DNA from: Chrysomallon squamiferum
Taxonomy: Eukaryota > Animalia > Mollusca
Direction: 5' to 3'
Assembly: GCA_012295275.1 (NCBI GenBank)
Contig: CM022679.1
Coordinates: 17,546,001 to 17,610,000 of the forward strand
Length of the DNA stretch: 64,000 bases
In this document: positions 53,001 to 64,000 of the stretch, piece after piece
How positions within the stretch are numbered: position 1 is the stretch's first letter
Layout: the number at the start of each line of letters is the position of its first letter
Notes under the pieces: model-generated
What the model was told of the DNA's origin: nothing
Database searches by the model: none
What the model saw: only the letters and a program-made list of their open reading frames with translations
Program-made: the position numbers and the translations under genes

Positions 53001-56000
53001 CAAGCAAAAACATTAATTACAGTAACATGCCCCAATATTCCTAAAGAAAAAATAATTAATTGGTAAAATATCTTTTTGTTAGAGGACAGTAACTGAAAAT
53101 AAGTATCACAAATCATCAAATTTGAAATGTCTCATTTGTAATACTTAAATCTAAAATCTGCACTAAAAAAAAAAATGTTCAGTATTATTATAATTTTAAT
53201 TTTTTGGGGAAAACAACATTTTTCTTTAATTTGATAAATCTTATTTATATACCAAATTAAACTCTTGTAACTGTTATGAAACATGATACTACATGAAATA
53301 TTAATAAGTAAAATATTAAGTATTTTATAAGGCTTTCCATAATTCCCTTGAAAAAAAATACAACCCCCTGTACAAATCAAATAAAAATGCCTATGTACCA
53401 AGTGTGAGGTCACCTTTGCAGTGTCTATGCAGTACATCAAGAGCTGCAATCAGAAACTCGTGAGCATCTTGCTGTTCATAGCCTGCTAGATGACGTGCAT
53501 TGGTCCACACCAAGTGTAACAGCTTGAAAGGTATGTGAGGTGTTCGCAAACCAGAGTAAAACTAAAAACATGGCAATTTCTGTTTCAAGTATTTTAAAAT
53601 AATTTTACTAATAAAATTAACATATCTTTAAGATTACTAACATCTGATAAATGCAAAGATGTCTAATAAATTAAACTTTAAAATGTTAAAAGCAGAACTG
53701 AGAAAGATTTAGAAAAAAAAGTAAAAAAATACAACACATTACTAACAGATAACAACTTATTTCTTTTTTAGCCTCAACAATTTCTTCAGTGGATGACCTA
53801 TTGAAGTTTTCTTTATTTCTAAGATACCTGCAGATTGGAGAATAATAAATGTATATTTACATTTTATTGAAGTGATGCTATAAGAAATTGTAATAAAGAA
53901 GCTTAATCCCAGCTAGTCCAGAAATGTTTTTAAAGTGAGAAAATGTTCAAGTACCTCTTGAAAGAGTCTCGACATCTCACACACCAGGCACTGTTTTGAG
54001 TTGCTGGATGCTTGACAGCTGTGCTGCTCAGATAGAAAATAGTCTCGTAGAATTGGAGTATGTGTTAGTGCCTGCACTATACAATTCATAAAACATGTGT
54101 TGCCTAGGTTGATGAGCCCTCTTAAACCTTAAGAATAGAACACAATAATAAACTGCATACACAATTAGTAAAACAACAATTACATACAAATGCAGTTAAA
54201 TTTACCAATTCTAATTTCTTCAAAAGTTTTCAAAACAAGATTTCATGTTTGTTCATTTGTAATGAAAATACTTTTTATTTGACAAAAGTGTGGTATGAAT
54301 CTGCAAGTTTGTATATTTATGATCATATTAAAATAAAAAATATTTTAAAAACTATATAAAAAGACAAAATTTAACAACAATGTTATATTTTTCTCCTTGC
54401 AACATCTTGAAATATTTATTACTGAAAACAGCAAACCTATTGTTGACTTCTCTTCAACTTTTCGCCTCTTTGGATTATTAGAAAGTAACATAACTTCTTC
54501 ATCAGAGGGATTCCAAGGACTAAAGAAACTCTTCAAACCTGAAATATTATTAATAAGTCACTTTAATATTATTGCTGAATACTAATTCAGAGATTTCATT
54601 AAAATATGTAATTATAAAATAGGTTTGTTTTTTAAACTTAAAAATTGGAACAAATATTTTAAGAAAAAAAGAAAATTCAACAACTTTAATCATGCAATGT
54701 TTTACCTAATGAAGTGGCTGAAGATTTTATATGTTTTGAAGCCAGGTCTTCCAACTCCCTATCATAAACATAATCTCCACATGCAAAACAGTAGATTGTG
54801 CCATACACCATATCAATGGCTGAAATGAATTTAAGGTGATCATATATTTAAGGCAGGCAAAGGATAAATTTGACATAAAAATGAATTAACGTAAGTAACT
54901 GACTGAACAGTAATATATATATATATATATATATCTATATATATATCTATTACTGTTCAGTCAGTATATATATATATATCGGTATATATAATAATCAAGA
55001 ATAATAATTATGTCATATATTTATCAATCTGTCTATCTATCAATCTGTCTATCTATCTATATGTAACATTTTGTCTGTGGATATCAATTGTCATTTCCAA
55101 AATTAACTTACTAATTAGATTCATAATAATGCACTAAATATTTTCATTGGATACTTGCCATTTTTACCAAATATGCAAAAACATTAATTTAAAATAATAA
55201 TGTCAGTGACAAATCAAAGCAATAAAATACATATTTAAACAAGTAAGGATCATCACAAACCTAAATTGTGCTTCTTAGTTTTAGAATGTTCATGAATATG
55301 ATGGGCATTGTAACAGCCAAAGAAGACACAGTACAGGCAGGCATGAAGTCTTTTCTGGTACAGGGTTGTCTTGTTCTGTCGACATGTATGGCACACACAA
55401 GAATTGGCCTATAAAATATAAATAACAGTACACAGAATTATACAATAGTATTGACAATGTACAAATTGTTCAATAAGGTTTGAATTTGTCATAACACAGA
55501 GTTTTATTCACATCTTTAACATTTTTGTTCTTTTATCATTTATTAGATCAGTCTATCTGAAACAGTTTAATTTATACCATTCTAATTAGCTGATATTTAA
55601 ATATTTTAAAAATGTGTATTATTATTTCATTCATAAAATATGATGTTCTTAAAACAAACACTGTACCCTCATGGAATAAAATACTATCTTATTAAAGTTT
55701 GACTTTTCATATATATAGTCAACGACTCATGGACAAAAACTTGCATTCTCAGGATAAACTTTCAACTGAGATTAAAGATTAATAACTTTCAAATACACAT
55801 TTTTTTTTTTTTTTCAGTCACATAGGCAATGATTTTTATTAGTTTTTTTAAATAGAAATAGATTTTTGAATGGTCAGAAATCTTTCCATCATTTTAATAA
55901 TAATCCTATCATTTATGTACAGTATACTTATAAGTTATAAAATATTTGACCAACGTTACAAATATGATTATACTTGTAAACACCTTCTTCACTTCTTGAA

Positions 56001-56418
56001 TGTTCCAGTGCAGGGATGAGGAAAAGAAATGACATTTTTTAAATTTAAATGTCAGGTCAACATACACTGTATCAGTGTATTTATAACAAAGAAATAAAGA
56101 AAGAATAAAATAATATATATATATATAATTATATTTAAATCATTCGTTTTTAAATTGATAAATTATGACAGATAACATTTTAATACTTTGATCAAAATGT
56201 TTATTTATGCGTATAATCGGAATAAAGCGGAATATGGGGTTGAAACAATTAACCATTAACTAATTAAGCCTTGAATGAAGTTGATGGTTCTTGACTTAAG
56301 TTCTTATTTATTTCGCTTCACGGAAAATGCATAATTATAGAATTCGTAGCATCAAGCGATAACAGAAACAAGTTTTGTACATTTATTTTAACATGTATTT
56401 TTCATTTTTCTTTTCATA

Positions 56419-56457
<39 letters not shown>

Positions 56458-56616
56458 CTTTTCTTTTATTAATCACGGGTAGTTCCTTGTTCTCACCTTT
56501 CGTCGCCTGGCATCAGCTGATGAGCAGGCAATGAAAAAAGAATGAATAATTCTAAAGGATTCGGTTCCTTTTGTAGTTTTATAACTTTTAAGATGCTGGC
56601 ATCCATTGACACTCAT
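50100..56616 (-). CDS. USP22: Ubiquitin-specific protease 22 (SAGA DUB; nonstop/Ubp8 homolog). Exons 56616-56497, 55408-55261, 54819-54706, 54538-54437, 54127-53955, 53561-53414, 52997-52895, 52579-52473, 52292-52235, 51926-51800, 51459-51296, 50796-50647, 50142-50100
   Basis: ZnF-UBP ([13 protein letters not shown]...[17 protein letters not shown]). Cys box [40 protein letters not shown], His box [14 protein letters not shown]...WYKCDD, C-terminus [15 protein letters not shown]. Confidence 0.97.
54898..54965. repeat. Intronic palindrome: 18-bp perfect arms around an (AT)n core
   Basis: actgactgaacagtaata ... tattactgttcagtcagt. Confidence 0.9.
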
Positions 56617-58725
56617 CTTTCATCCCTCCTGATTCTTTCAGACGACAAAAACTTCATGTTTTTGCTGTCGAATTTCTTGTTATATTCAACAAAGGTTTAT
56701 GCGCAGTGACCAAGAAAAAAATGAACTGTCTGCGCACATGTGGTGGGGATTGACAGATATATCCGGTTCCGCTAAAGAGGCACATTAAAGGTGTGGTCAG
56801 ACATTTTCAGGTGCGTCTCAAAATGTCAGTTCGGCTTTAAATAAAGTTCATTACTGCACGTGCAACTGTTAACACTAATAACAAATCGAATTATGAAACA
56901 CTGCATTTTTCTTACGTCTAACATTTCAGCTGATACATTTTTTAACTTTGTAACGTATGCACATCACTCGTATAAATATTTTGTAAAATGCAACTATAAT
57001 AATAATCATAATAATGTCTTTTTTTTTTTTTTTTTTTTTTCTCCAATCATGGATATAATTCTTATCATCAAAGTATTAATTTTGTTTCCACAATATTTTA
57101 TAGCTCTATGTTGACAGTTGACAAAATGCTAATAATCAGCATGGGAAATTTGTGCAGGGTGAACAAGTATAATGTTCTTTACTTTTAATGAATGCTGAAA
57201 TGTTAATAAAACAAATTTATTTTTTTGTGGGAGGGGAATTGATGATCATTCAACTGAAATTAATTGTATCTATAAAAACATTAATAAACATAAATTTCTT
57301 ACATCACACAAATACGAAGAACCTGATTAATGTACAGATTTCGAATCAAAAACCAAATTAAATCAAGATAAGTATTATTTTAGATTTTTATTTACTAATT
57401 TAGTATAATAATAAATTTTACAGTAATTAGACATTGTCTGGCTAATTTCGGGAATTACTAGTATATATTTTTCATTTTTTAGATGCATATGTACAAATAT
57501 ATGAAAATATTAGAAATCAAAAATGTATCTTTTAAATTAATTTTGATGAGGAATAAACAAACAAATATTTGGTAATAAACCTTTTAATTATGTACATTTC
57601 TCCTTTCTTGAACATTAAATTCAACACATTTCATTTCCACAAACTGGAAATGTAACATTCAACACAGATGATTTTATTAATTAAAACTAGTAAAAATAAT
57701 TCTGATCCTTCAAAAATACATGAAACCCAATTTTTCATATGCAAACAAATATACCCTGATATATCAAGTCAGGCTTTATATTAATATAAAGAAGAAATAT
57801 AAGGTTTATTGTATAACAAATAATTACCAACTAAAAATAACAAATATCTAGGATATAATATTGATTATTAAATCTGATATGTTTAAAATAAACCTATTAA
57901 TTTTTGTAAATTTCAGAAATGAATTGTTAATGATAAGTTATGGTAATAATAAATAATTATTTTTGTTTATAACCTCCAAACAAGTTTACGGATAATGAAA
58001 GAAATCAAGTTCAAATATACAAATATCTAAAGTGAACACACCTATCCATGAAACCATTTATGTGTTATTTAATTCATTAATAATATTTGACAAAAGTGCC
58101 TTATTATGATCATCATCAATACTGAACAGTTATATTTGTAATTGTGGAAAGAGCAATGTTCACCTTGGAAATAAAATTTCAGTGTTCCATATTATATGAA
58201 CATGTTGATATATAAATACATAATTATTCAGAAAATATCTAATTAAATATTAATGTTTTAGAATTGCATGAAACTGTTGATTATTTTGGCAAACAATAAC
58301 TAGTTTGTATTTCCTTCAAGTTTATTAAGCAATTTCTCACTGAAAATTTATCATAAAAAAAGAAACCCAATACAATCTGCAGTGGTGACTGTTACATCTT
58401 TAGAAATCTTTCTAATAAATTATCACATGTGGTACATATGCATCTCAAAACATACCTGTTTTGTCCAAACTATTCACATGTAATGTATGTTTTTTAATTT
58501 CTCTTTTAAGCATACCTGTACAGTCTAAGCAGTGATACATTTTATTTTTATTTTTTTGTTAATCTAGTTACATGGCACATAGTGAAAGTGCATAAAGCAC
58601 ATAAAATGTTTAGTTTTAATTATATTTGCAATTAGGTAACTGAACATTTATTGCAGAATATGGCATTTTGAAAACAACTTATGACACAGGAGAATCCTTA
58701 TTTGCTTTAATATTATCACATCTGT

Positions 58726-58765
<40 letters not shown>

Positions 58766-59081
58766 CACACTGTCTGAAAATATTACTATGGTTGATTATG
58801 AACAATAGTCTAAAAAGTGATTTAAATGCAATATATGAACCAGTTCAATAAATATATATCGGTCATTGAAATGATTTTATTACAGTTTGCGTAAGTCAGA
58901 AATATGAACCATCAGCAATCTTTCTTTTATAAAGTTTTATATAGGACAAAGTGAATATTTACATATAATGATTCATATGCAAAGATGTTGAAATGAAAAT
59001 TTTTGGAAAGATGAAAAAAGAATCACTTGTTAGTGGGTTTTTTTGGTTATGTCCTGTAGTTTCATGTCTATAATGTACTTA

Positions 59082-60048
59082 TTACTCCATGTATGACTTG
59101 TAAATCTTCCAAGCACAAAAGGCACTAGCAGCAAGTGAAACTGTATTGTGAAGAATTTTTCGTCGATTATCATCTTTACGAACAAGAACTACTGGTGTTG
59201 TTGAGGTCAGACTGTGAACTGGAATTTTCTGCAACATCTTTAAGTTATGTTCAACTTGGTATTTACAGCAAGGATCAAACTGCCATGAAACACCATATAC
59301 ACTTGCACATACAACACTGACAAAACCTAGAGGTATGTAAACTACTCCTTTGTCTGGCCAGACACTTCCACTGATCAGACAGCCAAGTCCAGACAGAACT
59401 GCTGTTTTGTGCAAACAGTTTCCTATTGTAATCCAGCCTGAGGTCTCATCTCCAAGTTTTGAAGGTTCAATGATTATTGTATTTATCCCAGCATCCAGGG
59501 CTATATCCAACTCATTTTCAAACAATTCTTGTGCATTTTCATGTTCATAGACTTCGTGGATGACAACATAGTCCTGTGAGGCTCTGACAGCACTGAAATG
59601 TTTTGAAAGTATTAAAATTAAAAAAATAACAAAGAAAATATTATATTTAAAAATAATTAATACTTTATTAATATCTATAAGCTCTTTGAAGGATCTGTTT
59701 ATAAGTGTCAGGTTATAATTTATTAACTGGAAGAAATTTGCAGTTTAGATCTAGATTTGATAAAAATATCCTCTTTGCTTTAATTTGTTCTTTCATCATT
59801 TGTAAGAATAAAGAGGTCACTTTCATGGTATTGCTATAAATTATAATCAGTATTATCGCATCTGTAACAAATATATGTATGTATGTATGTAACTGAGCTA
59901 ATGCAGATTCTGACAATGGCAGTGATTAACAAAAAAGAGCTAATGTGACATCTCCCATTTGTCATTAATTGCAGCTAAATGCTACTACAATCTTAATCTA
60001 AACTATAACATCCTATTTTCCTGTCGCCAACTGATAATAATAATAATA

Positions 60049-60080
<32 letters not shown>

Positions 60081-60826
60081 TAATAATAATAATAATAAAG
60101 TATAAACTTTATATTTAGTCTATTATGTACTGTTAAAAAAATTGTGGTTTTCATCTCTGAGTCATATCTTTTGTGCTCGAATTTATAAAAACAAAATTTT
60201 AACATTTTAAAAGTGATGTCATCTTATAAAGTGACAATCAGTTATGATATATGCTGAAACACAATACATTTGAACAATGAACACATTGTTAGTATAATTA
60301 TGTGCTTTATTGTGTCTATCAGTATCTCAGAATCACTATCAGTATCAGTATCATGGTTATTTTTATGGTTATCGTAATTAATCATAATAATAATAAAAAT
60401 AATCATTCTAATTAATAATAATAATGTTCATTGTTCAAATGTATTCAGGACTGTGATTCATCATATTGAAAAATTTATTGCCATAATCAGATAATGGTAT
60501 CATACTCAGTAAATTATATATATAAATTACATATGTGTGTGTGTGTGTGTGTGTGAATATATATATATATATATACTACTAATATACTACGATATATATA
60601 ATAATCAATATTTATATTCACTGTGACTGTGAGTGTGATAATGAAGTAGCGGATTTTATATATAATATTATCTGCTTTTTGATATTGAAATAAATATTTA
60701 CACAATATCTCAAAAATCTTTATGAAATACACAACAAGTAAAATATTTAAATTTAAGCATCTACATATTTATTTAGTTAGTAAATAATCAAAGTGATCTA
60801 AACTACCTAGACGGTTTCTCCGCCAT
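59082..60826 (-). CDS. TMEM11: Mitochondrial transmembrane protein 11 (PMI homolog). Exons 60826-60807 and 59592-59082
   Basis: MAEKPSS|AVRASQDYVVIHEVYEHENAQELFENELDIALDAG...IIEPSKLGDETSGWITIGNCLHKTAVLSG...SWQFDPCCKYQVE...PVVLVRKDDNRRKILHNTV. Confidence 0.95.
60033..60098. repeat. (AAT)n microsatellite; similar tracts at ~5262-5306, 26606-26637, 29377-29430, 38041-38091
   Basis: Direct observation. Confidence 0.9.
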
Positions 60827-60872
60827 ATTGATAGACTGGGGTGAAAACGTTTGTTAACTTTCTAACTTTAAA

Positions 60873-60918
<46 letters not shown>

Positions 60919-61642
60919 ATATGAAAAGCGTATTAACTAGAAGTACCAGTTTGGAACCAAAGGTAAACAACTCTTATTTGAATTGATTTAGTTAAAAGCA
61001 TTTCGTTCGATACACGATAATGATACTGGTTATTTTGTATACAAGGTGTAAGAATGCTGTTGATTAGTATTTTTAGTAATGGGAGTTTTAAACCTAATTC
61101 CAAACAATGATAAAGCAACTTTATAAGTTTTTATTATGTTTAAATATTACATTATTATCTTTTGATTTACTGTTGAGAGTGTTGTTATTCAATAACTTAT
61201 TCAGTTATTGTTATTATTATTAATGTTGTTTTGTAGCTATCGCTATTATTATTATTTGAACTTTCGATATCAAAACGAAAAGTGGTATAATTTTATATTT
61301 TTTATTACTTTTTTTCAATTTCTAAATACAGTAAAATTACTTATACAATAATTACTAGTTTACAAGTCATATTTACGTTGACAGTTATTGAGTTAATGAG
61401 TTATTGTTTATTTATCAGCTACTTACCGAGATTAGCAACCAATGCAGCAAGAACGTCACTGAGACAGTACATAGTTAATAAAGAAACCTTATTTATTTGC
61501 ATACAGGTATAATAAAGAGTTAATAACATTAACAGCTTCTATAGGATTTAATACTGCTGATGCTGTTTCCAAAAACATGTAAAAAAAACAAATGAGGTAA
61601 TTATTATTCTATGAAATATGTAGAATAATATTATCATAAATG

Positions 61643-63654
61643 TTAAAGTTTCTCATAGACTTCAAAACAGTACTGGATTCCATTGTCTTCGTAAATCGTG
61701 TTCTCTATATCACCACAACTGCAAATAATAATAATAATAGTAATAATAATAATAAATTTTCTTCCTTATAGTTTATTAATAGATACATACAACTGGTAAC
61801 AGAAAAAAAGTGGAAAATAATCTGATAGACTCACATATTTTAAATGATCTATTTGACAGTAATAATATATATTCTCAGTTAAAAATAATGATCTGCAGAA
61901 CGGTCTGCAAATATAATATAATTATCAGATTAATAGTGAATGTAATTATATTTCATTTTTAAATAACTTACACTTGTCTTATGGAAATAATGTAAAAATT
62001 TATGAACTTTTCTAGAGTTATATAAAACAATAAACGTCCTTCAAACAGGTTAATGAAGCATTACTTGATTTTTTGAAAGTTGTCTTCGAATTTGGGGAAA
62101 AAGACGTCAGCGGGAAAGTCTCCAAAAATTCTTGTTAAATAGATTCTGTTGCATCCATGGTGCTTCAAGGCAATCTGCACGTATTACATTTCATAGGTTA
62201 GAAAATGTATTTGTGTATATTTTAAGACAGAGAAACTAATAAATATATTTGCAAATATTACAAATAAGGCAGGCAATATAAAGAATAGTACTTGATAAGA
62301 TAATAATATCTGGAGAATGAAAATAACACATCTTTATTAATTACAAATACTGACAGCTCGAATGTCGCACTAAAGAGAATTTGTCTCTTGGAGAATGGAA
62401 CGTTTCTAAATTAGATAAAAATATTGAAGATTTGAATACATTCTATTTCAAATAATAATAGCAATAACATTAGAAGCTTGCTTTAAATGGGATTATTTAT
62501 ATGTGTGTGTGTGTGTTACTTCATAATTCTTGGCACCACCCATTATCCATATGTGTTCTATCTGTTCACGGACAGTCATCAGATACTCCATAGCATCATC
62601 AAAAGTAGAGCATACTTTGTGTATTGTTGGATGGTGTCCATCCCTTGAAAACAAAATACAACATTAAAGTCAATGGTATTTATAGCAAGATATAATGAAA
62701 TCTATGTTAGTACACGTTTTGTCAGTAATTATGTAAACAATACTTCACTCGGAAATGTTAAACAAAAATGGAAAAGAAAACAACAACAACAAAATAATAA
62801 ATAAATAAATAAAACAAAATAATACCAAAAAGACAGCATTATCAGTTATGGCATTTTGCCAGTGTGTTATGTTTTTACTTTAGTTCATTTACAGTTTTTT
62901 ATTTATTAATCATCAACAATGGGTATAATGAATTAAATGAAATTGGTTGTGAAAATTTAAAACAATAATCATGATTACTGTAAATTTTTGATACAAAAGT
63001 ATATAAATTTCTAAAATACTTTCCTTTATGATTATAAACATGTAGAATCCTTTCTAACTCCCTTTCCCTGTTATGTATAATATATACTGATATAGTTACA
63101 GCTTCAAATGTTTATCTCATTTATATTGAGACGGTCACAAATGAACATGTTAACTTCTGTTTTAACTATGGTTTAAAAGTGTATCAGTTATCTTTGAGTA
63201 TGTAAATGTTACTGATAGCTGCAGATAAAATATTACTATTTTTTGACACAGGTTATATACTTGATCGGCAAACCTCTCTGCCCACCAATTCACTCTTTGT
63301 ATGTAAATGCTTTCTTTCATAATGTACACACTTTATAGATGACCCCTGTTTACAGCGATGAGCGACTGATAATGCTGTCCTAAAAAATTATAGAGATTGT
63401 TTACAGAATTCAGTCACACACCACTAATTATAATCTTGACAAATTACATGCGCACACCTGCAAACAGACACACCTACCAATACACCATTATATGTTATTT
63501 GCCTGAATCCAGACTTATCACTGATCACATTAAACTGTGTATACGTACTGCAGCCTGGAACTAATAATGATGTTATGTAATCCTGGTGTTTGTCTCTCCT
63601 CCTCGTACCAATATTCCCATGTTCTTCTTCCCAGAATGAATGCTATAGACTTTC
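61643..63654 (-). CDS. Divergent dihydrofolate reductase-like protein, last four exons (63654-63549, 62643-62520, 62174-62065, 61718-61643); N-terminal exons probably beyond the right edge
   Basis: Spliced translation: (G)KSIAFILGRRTWEYWYEEERQTPGLHNIIISSRLQDGHHPTIHKVCSTFDDAMEYLMTVREQIEHIWIMGGAKNYEIALKHHGCNRIYLTRIFGDFPADVFFPKFEDNFQKINCGDIENTIYEDNGIQYCFEVYEKL*. It aligns by eye with DHFR (MGKKTW, SLDDAL, WIVGG..VY, TRI...D.FFP, GIKYKFEVYEK). Intron positions and phases match vertebrate DHFR as I recall them. Not in the ORF track. Confidence 0.9.
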
Positions 63655-64000
63655 CTTCAAATAATTATGTAATCATGAAGTTATCATTAACAGTAATAAT
63701 AATATCAAAATATCCTTGCAATTAAAATCAGACTGGTGTATCAATTTTTGTATTAGTGTAAATACCCACTGAACTGTCTGGAAATCAAGTGAATAATATT
63801 TATTTATTTTTCTTCTTCTTATAACAAGAAGAAGATGAAGAAGAACAACAACAACAACACTAATATATATACATACACACACAAATACAAATGTGTATAT
63901 AAATATATCATTGTGTAATTTGTTATAGAATCGAGTGTACGCTATTTTACATGTAGTTAACAGAACACGTAGCTACATACTAAACACACACATATGCATA

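Noticed and set aside
4575-60840. Acceptors just upstream of the ATG in GAA, ZNF511, STAMBP and TMEM11 as evidence of spliced-leader trans-splicing or operons
   Set aside because: Each has a plausible cis donor upstream and 5'UTR introns are common; only a shared 5' leader in cDNA data would support it.
1338-63882. Many 60-140 aa ORFs in the track rich in L/Y/F/I/N runs
   Set aside because: They come from microsatellites, AT-rich introns or the antisense strand of real exons, with no recognisable motifs.
63673-63882. ORF as possible DHFR exon 2
   Set aside because: The candidate splice sites give the wrong phase and the translation does not resemble the DHFR alphaB helix.

Overview
AT-rich, intron-containing animal DNA, probably an invertebrate; the Delta/Epsilon-type GST suggests an arthropod, but this is an inference. 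Nine protein-coding genes could be reconstructed by hand from GT-AG splice sites. In order they are: lysosomal alpha-glucosidase GAA (-, 3' part outside the window, with an apparent 1-nt frameshift), GTF2H5/TFB5 (+, intronless), ZNF511 (+), a Delta/Epsilon-like GST (+), STAMBP/AMSH (-), alpha-L-fucosidase (+), USP22 (-), TMEM11 (-) and a divergent DHFR-like gene (-, 5' part outside the window). Mobile DNA includes a cluster of hAT/Buster elements at 6.9-12.2 kb, a Tc1 in a STAMBP intron and several MITEs. Five observations stand out. (1) GTF2H5 appears to sit in the 5' exon of ZNF511, a candidate bicistronic mRNA. (2) The DHFR-fold gene keeps its NADPH-side motifs and vertebrate-like intron positions but has lost the RPLxxR folate-glutamate motif. 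(3) The DHFR-like 3' end abuts the candidate first exon of TMEM11. (4) A 221-bp unit holding a candidate GAA first-exon donor and MiT/TFE boxes is present as three apparently identical copies. (5) hAT elements are stacked at one target site. All coordinates were read by eye and may be off by a few bases.
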